Of a stretch of 64,000 nucleotides of DNA, positions 36,890-46,152 are shown in pieces. Each line of letters starts with the position of its first letter. Positions within the stretch are counted from its first letter, which is position 1. The position numbers and the translations under genes were made by a program. The DNA comes from a virus (Duplodnaviria > Caudoviricetes). The stretch spans positions 96,001-160,000 of the IMG/VR virus record IMGVR_UViG_3300028591_000090. One strand, given 5' to 3'. The notes below the pieces were generated by a model. It worked only from the letters and a program-made list of their open reading frames with translations, did no database searches and was not told the origin of the DNA.

Positions 36890-38647
36890 TTATTTAAAAG
36901 TAATTTTTGTTCCTGTTCTATATGAACCTCTCGTTGTTGATTGATATAAAACATATAAAACAGAATGTCCCCATTGATTTGTAAAGTTATATGTACCAAC
37001 ATTTTCAAATGTATCAGCGATTGGTACACCGTGCATAAACACTTTTGTAATATTTCCCCAAGAAGCAGGATAAGCAAAATATGTATAATTTGCTACACTT
37101 TTATTCTCACTATCTGTAACAAAAGATATGCCTTTACCAATAAAATCATCAGATAAAACGTAATTAAGATTATCTATAACACTTTGTGCATTTGTACTAT
37201 CATTTTTAATATCGTATACACTTGAACCAAAACGTACAGAATTTCTACCATATACAGTAAAAGTTCTTACTGTTTGTGTTATAGGTGTTACATCTATATC
37301 TTCATCTGTTGCAATAGTCCATATATAAGAACCCTCTTCTATATTAAATGTTTTTGTTGCTTCCGTCGCCTCTATTGGACTTTCTTCATAAGCAACAGTT
37401 GAATCGAAACCATTACCATCAATATATGCCGAATCTAAATTGAAATTTGTTGAAAATACAGCATCAGAAACTGTTACTGGCTGACCAACCTCTAAACTAT
37501 CACCATCTTCCGCATAAGCATTTTCAAAATTAATATAAAATTCATCAAACATATTTGGTGAGAATATCTTTTTAACTACATCAGAAAGAGTTTCACCGTT
37601 CTTAAATACATCTCCCTCTTTGACACCACCGATAGTATAATAACTTGTTATATCAGAATTGATATAAGAATCACCACTATTAGAATCTAATGGCAACCAA
37701 ACACTACCATTATATCCCATAAAGTGACCAATGCTGGTATCAAATATTATATTACCTACCGTTTCATTATTCGATTGACCTAATATCAAACCATTTGTTA
37801 CAAATAAATCGCCTTCTCTATTTGTACCAAATACAAGAGAATTATTCTGTATTACGTTCAAATGTGCGTTATTTGTCGAATTTATTGCAAAATCATCGTC
37901 TGCAATTACCTTAATAGAAAACACATTCTCAAAATTTGAAATTTCATTATGTATTTCTTTCGCACCAAATGTATCTATTGAAGATAATACTTGTGTTGCT
38001 TTTACTGGCAACGAATTAACACCATTAGAACCAATTGCATTATTATCAAAATAAGCATAAAAACTTAAATTTGGAGAATAATCCAAATCATTAGAAGATG
38101 CTATAATAGCAATATCTGGCGTTTGTGCTTTATTTTTTGCAGAATAGATTCTTAAATTTATATTTTTTAACGCATTATTATTAGCATCAAAGTTTCCATA
38201 TTGTTGTATATCAACACTTCTACTCGTTGTATCTTCACTTAAATATGTAGCAGAAACAAATTTTTTCCCTTCACCAACTTTAAGTAATGTTCCCTCTGTA
38301 ACAAGTTTTAAATCTACTTTTGCTTGTATTTTATTATTATTAATTTCCCAATATATTGTATTTGTATTCTCTACTTTTGCGTTTTCTCTATTAACGTCAA
38401 AATCATTTACAGATAAGAAATTCTTTATTGCATCATTCAAATAAATTTTATTTACAGCGTCTAAATCATCAACTGGTGCATTTATTTTTATTCTACCATT
38501 ATTGTCTCTCATTACAAGAGAATTAGAACTATATTCTGCACTATATGTCAATCCATTTTTAATAACATTATTGTTATCTACAATTAAAATGGTGTTGGTT
38601 TTTGTGAAATCAATATTAAATTCTTTTATCTGTTTTATTCGTATCAT
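36890..38647 (-). CDS. Virion fibre/structural protein
   Basis: SLVMRD..G, DAVNK.Y, FMGYNGSVW, TIGGVKEG motifs typical of phage fibres. Confidence 0.65.
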   Translation of the reverse strand: MIRIKQIKEFNIDFTKTNTILIVDNNNVIKNGLTYSAEYSSNSLVMRDNNGRIKINAPVDDLDAVNKIYLNDAIKNFLSVNDFDVNRENAKVENTNTIYWEINNNKIQAKVDLKLVTEGTLLKVGEGKKFVSATYLSEDTTSRSVDIQQYGNFDANNNALKNINLRIYSAKNKAQTPDIAIIASSNDLDYSPNLSFYAYFDNNAIGSNGVNSLPVKATQVLSSIDTFGAKEIHNEISNFENVFSIKVIADDDFAINSTNNAHLNVIQNNSLVFGTNREGDLFVTNGLILGQSNNETVGNIIFDTSIGHFMGYNGSVWLPLDSNSGDSYINSDITSYYTIGGVKEGDVFKNGETLSDVVKKIFSPNMFDEFYINFENAYAEDGDSLEVGQPVTVSDAVFSTNFNLDSAYIDGNGFDSTVAYEESPIEATEATKTFNIEEGSYIWTIATDEDIDVTPITQTVRTFTVYGRNSVRFGSSVYDIKNDSTNAQSVIDNLNYVLSDDFIGKGISFVTDSENKSVANYTYFAYPASWGNITKVFMHGVPIADTFENVGTYNFTNQWGHSVLYVLYQSTTRGSYRTGTKITFK

Positions 38648-38706
38648 CGGACTAAAAATACTTTACGCTTTTATTTATTTATGAAAAAGCATATAGTATT
38701 TTCTAC

Positions 38707-39375
38707 CTACCAAATAACATTCAAAGGTAATCTTTTTTTTACTCTCGCTCTCCAAGCATCAAGAGGTATTCGCTTTTCCTTGTCAAAATGACCATTTAAT
38801 CTTATTTTCCAATATATATCACAAGTTAATCCTAAATGAAAACAAACATCACCTAAATGTACATCTTCTACACCCCAATAACCCTCAATAGATGTATCAA
38901 AAAGTTCCCCTTGGAAATCTAATACTCGATTTATTGCAGAACGTCTCATATATAACCCACAAGAATAAAATCCATTATGTAAATGACCATACACTTGGTT
39001 ATATTTCTTAAACCATTTTGGATCGTCTCTTTCGTCGTCTTCAACAGGAAATAATACAATATCTTTTTTTATTTTTGTAAACCCATTACAAAATGTTTTA
39101 ATAAAACGGTCTCCGTCCATAAAAATCACATCTGATTCAGAACGAGTATTTTTCAATCCTAAATTTCTGCAAGAAGAAACCTTTCTACCATCTTCTTTAT
39201 TAAAATCAGTTGTTACAAAAAATTCATTAAGTGATTCTAATATTTTATCACTTCCGTCTGTACAACGGTCCAATACCCAAACTCTACGAGCATTTGGTAA
39301 GCACCGTTTTAAACTCGATAGCATTTTTTGTATACTATCCTTTTCGTTTTGCCCTATAATTACAATATCAATCAT
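38707..39375 (-). CDS. Glycosyltransferase family 2 (GT-A fold)
   Basis: IVIIGQNE, VLDRCTDGS, CRNLG, IFMDGD, FD.....WGVED. Confidence 0.85.
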   Translation of the reverse strand: MIDIVIIGQNEKDSIQKMLSSLKRCLPNARRVWVLDRCTDGSDKILESLNEFFVTTDFNKEDGRKVSSCRNLGLKNTRSESDVIFMDGDRFIKTFCNGFTKIKKDIVLFPVEDDERDDPKWFKKYNQVYGHLHNGFYSCGLYMRRSAINRVLDFQGELFDTSIEGYWGVEDVHLGDVCFHLGLTCDIYWKIRLNGHFDKEKRIPLDAWRARVKKRLPLNVIW

Positions 39376-39381
39376 ATTCAA

Positions 39382-42300
39382 CTAAAATGGCGTTCCTTGT
39401 GCTTGAACATATTTAGTAGAACTTAACCACCATTCTTCTGAATCCCAAATAAGAGTCACCATGCATCTTTCTAAAGAATTTCCTATAGTAAAATCTACAT
39501 TATCTGGGTTGTTTACTGGTGCAAAATCTTCTGATTCAAACATCAAGTCTCTGTTCCCTATATTATCTTGTATTACTTTTACGTTTATAGTTATTGATTT
39601 GTTATTTGGCATTGTCGGCAATGTTACAACTGTCATATTTGATGTTAAATTAACAATCAACATTTCAGTTAATTCCTCTAATGTTGGTGCAATATTATCA
39701 TCATTAGAAACAATTACATTTGTATATTTTTTATCTGTAATTATCTCATTTGTATCTATATTACGAATATAAGTAACATCAGATTTTTCTGCAACTTTAT
39801 TGTTACAATTTATCATTACAACATTATCAAATGTATTCGTATTACCACAACCAGAAATTATTGCAGAATTATTACCACGATTTAATGAATTCAACGAGAA
39901 TACATAAGAATAATCTGCATTGTTTATATTTCCACAACCAGATGTATACGAACAATTACCAAATGTTATATTTGATTTACCTTCTGTATGAGAGGCATTT
40001 CCTGATGTAGAGTTTGTTATACCCTCAGTATGGATTCCAATTCCTGAATTATAACTTAATACATACCAAGTTTTAGTCAAATCAATTGGCTTATTGGTAG
40101 TATAAGTTTCAGTAAGAGAATCATATCCAGTTATCTTAATGATATTTGATTCATTACCGTTGAATCCAAGATCTATATTGTCAGGATCGTCTGTAATAAA
40201 TGCAATATCTTGAATGAATAAACCATGTTCATGTAATCCAACTGGAACTATATAATAGCCACCTTGATTTTCTGATATATTCAATTCAAATGAAACACCA
40301 AGACCTTCTATACTAGATGCAGTTACATTTATAGAGCGATTTCCAATACCGGACATAGAAATACTTCTTGAATTATTCAAAATATTTTCTTCACCAGACA
40401 TAATAAATCTAGAAGAACCGTCAAGAGATTTATTAACACACCCAAATATAGCGGCACCTGTAACATTTTCAATAGTATGACCGTATCCAGATATTGTAGA
40501 TAGATTATTCCACCCAGAAAATCTAAAATCTGTACCAACAATTATACTTGTTAAAATTGATATATCTTCATTTTCATCTATCTTTCCAAAGTTATATCCA
40601 ATTAAACATGCACCAGTTATAGACGTTATGTTATTATTATAACCATTTACAACAGATTGAATTATACTATTTATCGTATTATTAGATCCACTAAATAACG
40701 CCTGGCTTGCAGAGTCAATCGTATTATTATTACCAGATAATACAGAACCACTAACAGATGTTGTAATTGTATTTGTTTGACCAATAACTAAAGAAGAATA
40801 CAAGTTATTCGTTGTATTATTATTACCAGATAATATAGAAGAGCCTGCAAAATTGTTTATTTTATTTAAAGTACCTGATACAAAACTACTTTGTGTATTA
40901 TACACAACATTATTACTACCTGATACTAATGACGCACCATTTGAAAAATCATTTCCAGTATCCCTCATAGTATTGTTTTCACCACAAATAAGGTTATTAC
41001 TCATATAATAACTTGATTCGTTTGTGTTTTCTAACAAGTTATTATGACCAAACATAGCACACCCTCTTAAATCAGTATGCTCCCAATCTGTTGCACGAGA
41101 ATTCATGTCGTATCCAACAATAGCATTACCAGAACCTCTAACTTTAGAATTACTAGAAACAATCAATGAAGATGACGTATATTGAATGTTAAGATTGTAA
41201 CCTACAACAACTGAATAATTAGAACCATATGATATAGTTGAATTACCAATATTCAATATTGACTTATAAATAGAATTAGATGTCTGACTTCCCTCTTTAA
41301 ATTTTATATAATTTAAAGCTGCAAAACTATATACTATTTCTCCATAAACTCTATACGTATCTTCCGGCTGTCTATATACATCAGAACTACCAGTTACAAA
41401 ACTACCAACAAATTTATTTGCATATAACTCGATACCGGTTACTACAGAAGACGTTACATTGTTTATCTTATTTCCAGCACCAGAAACAACAGATTGAGAT
41501 ATTTGACCTAAAGGATCATCTATATTAGATAATGTATGACCATAACCTGTAATTAAACTATGATTAGCATTATATACCTTACAAGAATTTCCCAATACAT
41601 ACGTTTCAGGAGAATTATATACCCTATTTAAACTTCCTGCAATTAACGTACCGTTGTTCGGATAATAAGTAGGCTTTGTATAATTTAATTTATTATTTAT
41701 ACCAAATATAGCAATACCACCAAACCATTGCCTATTATTAGAATCAAAAGTCTGATTTAATTCATGTTCTGAACCAACAACAATACTACAATTAAGTATA
41801 GTGTTATTAAAATTAGATGCTTGATTATTATAACTTTGACCAACGATAACACTAGAATGAGAAGTAATCCTATGATTACTTCCAACAGAAATTGTAGAAT
41901 ACGCATATTCAATTGTTGGATTATAACAATTTAATAGAGAATTTTCAATACCAGTTGTTGTTGCGGTAAACATATAATAACAACCAAGTAACGCACTAGA
42001 TGTTATATAAGGGAAGTTATTATCACCTCCATATGTTAATAATACAAGTCCTCCATTTATAGTGTTATCTGTCTTAAAATAATTTGATGATATAATTGAA
42101 CTTATCGAAGATCCAACTTCATTAAAAGAACCTGTTATAATACTATTTGATGCCGAGTTTATTGTGTTTTCTGAACCTTCAACAAAAGAACAACTTATAT
42201 TTTGTGCTTTATTTTTATAACCGGTCAACATAGAACATGTTGATTGTGCAGACGTAGAATTTCCTATTGGTTCTACAGAATTTTTCTTTCCAAACAAGAA

Positions 42301-45300
42301 AGTATTATCTATAGAAGCAGATATAATTTTATTATCATCTCCAAATAAGAAATTTGATTCTGAACTAGTATAATTAGTTGATTGTAAACTTATTGCTTGA
42401 TTTCCATAACCAAACATATATAATCTTTCTCCACCAGATGTATAAGATGAATTACAATCACCAAATATTATCTGCATTCTACCATTATCAACATTATTAC
42501 CAGTACCACTAATAAATCCGTATGAAGTTCCGTAAATATTATTTGCTGTTCCAAATACTGTTGTTAAGTAAACACTATTACTTGGATTTCCAACATAGTT
42601 TGTAGTACCAAATATATTTGAATATGATACATTTTCAATATAATGGTTTACACCCATTATTGAACTGAATGAAATATTCTTAATATAGTCTCCACTACCA
42701 GCATAACCATCACCCCATATAAATGAATATGCAGAACTATCTATTTCCAATCCAACACCAAAAACAGATAAATTATGACATGAACCAGTAATCGTATTTT
42801 TTGTACCAAAAACAAATTGATAATTTCCACTTGTATTTAAAGTATTTTCAATACCAAATACATATTGTGCCTCATAATTTGTTGTATTTTTACATCCAAC
42901 AACCAAAGAGTATTGACCACCTACATAGTTATGGCTACCAAAAATAGTAGACATTTGTGACGTATTTGTGTTCTTACAACCATACACAACACCTAATTCA
43001 CCATAATTGATATTATTTTGACCACTAACATGACCCAAAAATGCAGTATTCCAGTTTCCTTGCCCCTCGATATGAGCAATATTACCATAATTAACATTGC
43101 TAACACCCTCTATATGTGATGCATATGCAGTACAAGCTTCAAGCAAGCACCATTCTTTAGTTACATCAATTTCTTTACTTAATTGTACAGTATAAAATGA
43201 TCTTTGATTTTCACTTCTCCAATAAGGATGAGTTTCTATTTTTACAGCACTACCACTACCAGGATCTATAACACTTGTTCTTCCTATGGCAATATACATA
43301 CCTTCCCTAATAAGATAATTATAAGAACTCATTGTAATATCGCTATTAGAAGAATCATAAAATTCTATTTCATATACATTATTGTTTACATCATACTCTT
43401 TGAATTGTAATCTTAGACCACCAACACCTTCTATATGACTAAACGACGTATATATTGATTTATGACCAACACCTTCAATATGTAAATTTCTTGTAGAACC
43501 AATAATATAATTATCTTCACCCTCAACAAACGTACTTCTTGTTGTTCCACTAAGATAATTACAAGCACCAAGTACAACAGAATTATGAGTATTTTCACCT
43601 ATATGATTCCCATAACCAGCAATTATTGCTGAACGATATGAACCATTAGTAATTATATTGTTTATACCAGATAAAATAATATTATTTTGGCTACCATTAT
43701 TAATTGTATTGTAACAACCGTTAATAATTGTAGAATAACAAACACCATCTGTTATATTATTAGTACACCCATTAATTATCGTAGCAGTTCCAGCATTTTT
43801 AATTTTATTACTAATACCACCTACAATTGTATTATATCCTATATCTGTACCACCCCAAGTTTTTTTCCATTCAGACAAATCTATTTCGTTTGAACATCCT
43901 GTTAATATACTATTAAATTGAGAATAATAAGAACTATTATTTAAATCTTCTTCTTTATAATAATATCCTTTAATTCTTGAAGAAGATGAATTTAATATAT
44001 TAGAATACATTGTTTCGCCAGAAACATCACAATATGATGATGTAACAATTGCATTAAATTGAAAATGATTACCTGGATGAAGTGTATCTAGAGTATCACC
44101 AATACGAGATTGTGTTGTAGAAATTAATGTAGAATAATTACATTTTTGATAAATGTCAATAAAATTAGATGTTAATACCGTCGACCAATCACTCTCATTT
44201 GTAGCAATAGCAAATCCGTTTATAAAATTATAACTACCATTTATTTTGTTTCTATAGTTTCCATTATCAATCCAACCAGATGCAAATATAACATTATGTC
44301 CTACCGTACTACCATTTAAAGGTTCGATTTTATTATAATCACCAAAAATAAAATTTGAAGCATCATAATTCGTTGGATAATTACCTCTAATAATATTACT
44401 ATTACCACTTATAAAATTTAATGTAGATGTTTGAATTTCACTAGAAAAAGCATTTATCATAATAGAATCACATGCAGCATTTGTAATTTGATTTGTAGCA
44501 CCACCAAAAATCAAACTTCTATGTGAACCATTAGTTATTAAATTATGATTACCTAAAAATATTCCACTTATATCTACGCCATTATTAATTCTATTCCAAT
44601 TACCATATATTATTACTGCGTTTGTTGCACCTGAATCTATTTTATGATTACTTCCTCCTAATATTGTATTAAATTGTCCAGCACTATCTGTAATATTACT
44701 ACTATCAGAAGAAATTATAGAATGAAAATTATTGTTATTAGACAAATTCTTTATATTACAACGATTAGAACCCAATATTAAATTAAAGTGATGACTGCCA
44801 CTATCTATATTTGATGAAGCAGATACAATGATACTAGAAAACCTTACTGCTGCTTCTATATTAGAATTTACTGAATTAAATACATTTGAATATTCACAAC
44901 TACCACTTATAACGATATTTGAAGATCCTAAAATATTAGAAAATTGAACACCATCTTTTATTTGACTTGAATAAGTATTTAATACACTATTAAAACCACC
45001 GGTAGATGTTATCTTTATAGTATTACCATGAAAAAAACCATTATGACCATATACAGTATTTCTATTTCTACTGTCTGCTGTCAAAAGAGAAAATGTTCCA
45101 TCTCCATTTGGATAAAAATCAGTATGTCCACTAATGAAAAGGTTATATGCATTTCTACCACTACAATAAACATTATTATTAGAACCAGCAAGAATACTAG
45201 ATTGTATTTCTCCATATACTGTATTACTTATACCAGATATTATATTATTATTAGAAGAATATGTTGTTGTATAACCTTGCTGTGATACAGTAGATTTATA

Positions 45301-46125
45301 TGTTTTATTATATGTACCAAAAACAAAATTAACATAACCATTTATCTCATTTCCAATACCATGAACTGCACTACTATACGAATCAACGGTATTTTGTTGA
45401 CCTGTTACAGTTGTTGCTATTGCACTACCTTTAATTTCATTATTAATACCTTCTACATGAGATGCGTATGCTCCCTCACTTATCTTATTATTTATACCCT
45501 CTGCATGAGAATATTGTGTTCCACCACTTATTGTATTACCATGTCCCTCTGCGTGTGAACCATATGCTCCATCTTCAATTGTATTCAAAAAACCTTCTGC
45601 GTGTGAACCATATGCTCCATCAACTATCTGATTTCCACCACCTTCAACGTGTGATTCGTGACAATCTCCACTATCATCAGCATTTCCAATTGTGTTTCTT
45701 GCTCCCTCTGCAAAAGATTCTGGTGCTGTTGCATTTATTGTATTCAAATAACCAACATTTACAGAACGTCTTGCTTCTGTATAAGAGCCAAATTCTTTAG
45801 CATTTATAGAACTTACCCCTTCTCCTCTTTCAAAAAGTTCTTCTTTTTGAACAGGACCTATATTTTCAAACTTGACAGGATTATCTTCTAAACAAACATA
45901 TTCATCAAATTCTGCACTTCCTTCTAAACCAACAAGATAAGTATCTCCGATTTTAACATTTTCTGTAGGCAAATCATCAACAGTATCAACCCTACCTGAT
46001 ATTTGCATAGGATTCGTTATATTGTCAAGTTTTATTTTGTATTCATCAGTAAAAACATTAGAAGAGATAAGTTTTGGCTTACCATTTTCTATTATATTAG
46101 TTAAAGCAGATTGTTTCTTTGCCAT
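39382..46125 (-). CDS. Giant (2247 aa) beta-solenoid adhesin / tail fibre with YadA-head-like SHAEG repeats
   Basis: Repeated SH(A/V/I/T)EG and G..N.(I/V) units over ~2000 aa; C-terminal QDNIGNR domain. Confidence 0.75.
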   Translation of the reverse strand: MAKKQSALTNIIENGKPKLISSNVFTDEYKIKLDNITNPMQISGRVDTVDDLPTENVKIGDTYLVGLEGSAEFDEYVCLEDNPVKFENIGPVQKEELFERGEGVSSINAKEFGSYTEARRSVNVGYLNTINATAPESFAEGARNTIGNADDSGDCHESHVEGGGNQIVDGAYGSHAEGFLNTIEDGAYGSHAEGHGNTISGGTQYSHAEGINNKISEGAYASHVEGINNEIKGSAIATTVTGQQNTVDSYSSAVHGIGNEINGYVNFVFGTYNKTYKSTVSQQGYTTTYSSNNNIISGISNTVYGEIQSSILAGSNNNVYCSGRNAYNLFISGHTDFYPNGDGTFSLLTADSRNRNTVYGHNGFFHGNTIKITSTGGFNSVLNTYSSQIKDGVQFSNILGSSNIVISGSCEYSNVFNSVNSNIEAAVRFSSIIVSASSNIDSGSHHFNLILGSNRCNIKNLSNNNNFHSIISSDSSNITDSAGQFNTILGGSNHKIDSGATNAVIIYGNWNRINNGVDISGIFLGNHNLITNGSHRSLIFGGATNQITNAACDSIMINAFSSEIQTSTLNFISGNSNIIRGNYPTNYDASNFIFGDYNKIEPLNGSTVGHNVIFASGWIDNGNYRNKINGSYNFINGFAIATNESDWSTVLTSNFIDIYQKCNYSTLISTTQSRIGDTLDTLHPGNHFQFNAIVTSSYCDVSGETMYSNILNSSSSRIKGYYYKEEDLNNSSYYSQFNSILTGCSNEIDLSEWKKTWGGTDIGYNTIVGGISNKIKNAGTATIINGCTNNITDGVCYSTIINGCYNTINNGSQNNIILSGINNIITNGSYRSAIIAGYGNHIGENTHNSVVLGACNYLSGTTRSTFVEGEDNYIIGSTRNLHIEGVGHKSIYTSFSHIEGVGGLRLQFKEYDVNNNVYEIEFYDSSNSDITMSSYNYLIREGMYIAIGRTSVIDPGSGSAVKIETHPYWRSENQRSFYTVQLSKEIDVTKEWCLLEACTAYASHIEGVSNVNYGNIAHIEGQGNWNTAFLGHVSGQNNINYGELGVVYGCKNTNTSQMSTIFGSHNYVGGQYSLVVGCKNTTNYEAQYVFGIENTLNTSGNYQFVFGTKNTITGSCHNLSVFGVGLEIDSSAYSFIWGDGYAGSGDYIKNISFSSIMGVNHYIENVSYSNIFGTTNYVGNPSNSVYLTTVFGTANNIYGTSYGFISGTGNNVDNGRMQIIFGDCNSSYTSGGERLYMFGYGNQAISLQSTNYTSSESNFLFGDDNKIISASIDNTFLFGKKNSVEPIGNSTSAQSTCSMLTGYKNKAQNISCSFVEGSENTINSASNSIITGSFNEVGSSISSIISSNYFKTDNTINGGLVLLTYGGDNNFPYITSSALLGCYYMFTATTTGIENSLLNCYNPTIEYAYSTISVGSNHRITSHSSVIVGQSYNNQASNFNNTILNCSIVVGSEHELNQTFDSNNRQWFGGIAIFGINNKLNYTKPTYYPNNGTLIAGSLNRVYNSPETYVLGNSCKVYNANHSLITGYGHTLSNIDDPLGQISQSVVSGAGNKINNVTSSVVTGIELYANKFVGSFVTGSSDVYRQPEDTYRVYGEIVYSFAALNYIKFKEGSQTSNSIYKSILNIGNSTISYGSNYSVVVGYNLNIQYTSSSLIVSSNSKVRGSGNAIVGYDMNSRATDWEHTDLRGCAMFGHNNLLENTNESSYYMSNNLICGENNTMRDTGNDFSNGASLVSGSNNVVYNTQSSFVSGTLNKINNFAGSSILSGNNNTTNNLYSSLVIGQTNTITTSVSGSVLSGNNNTIDSASQALFSGSNNTINSIIQSVVNGYNNNITSITGACLIGYNFGKIDENEDISILTSIIVGTDFRFSGWNNLSTISGYGHTIENVTGAAIFGCVNKSLDGSSRFIMSGEENILNNSRSISMSGIGNRSINVTASSIEGLGVSFELNISENQGGYYIVPVGLHEHGLFIQDIAFITDDPDNIDLGFNGNESNIIKITGYDSLTETYTTNKPIDLTKTWYVLSYNSGIGIHTEGITNSTSGNASHTEGKSNITFGNCSYTSGCGNINNADYSYVFSLNSLNRGNNSAIISGCGNTNTFDNVVMINCNNKVAEKSDVTYIRNIDTNEIITDKKYTNVIVSNDDNIAPTLEELTEMLIVNLTSNMTVVTLPTMPNNKSITINVKVIQDNIGNRDLMFESEDFAPVNNPDNVDFTIGNSLERCMVTLIWDSEEWWLSSTKYVQAQGTPF
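45548..45621. repeat. Two identical 26-bp copies at 48-bp period (DGAYGSHAE)
   Basis: TCTGCGTGTGAACCATATGCTCCATC at 45548-45573 and 45596-45621. Confidence 0.85.
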
Positions 46126-46152
46126 AGTTAAATACTCGTTTTTTATTATTTA

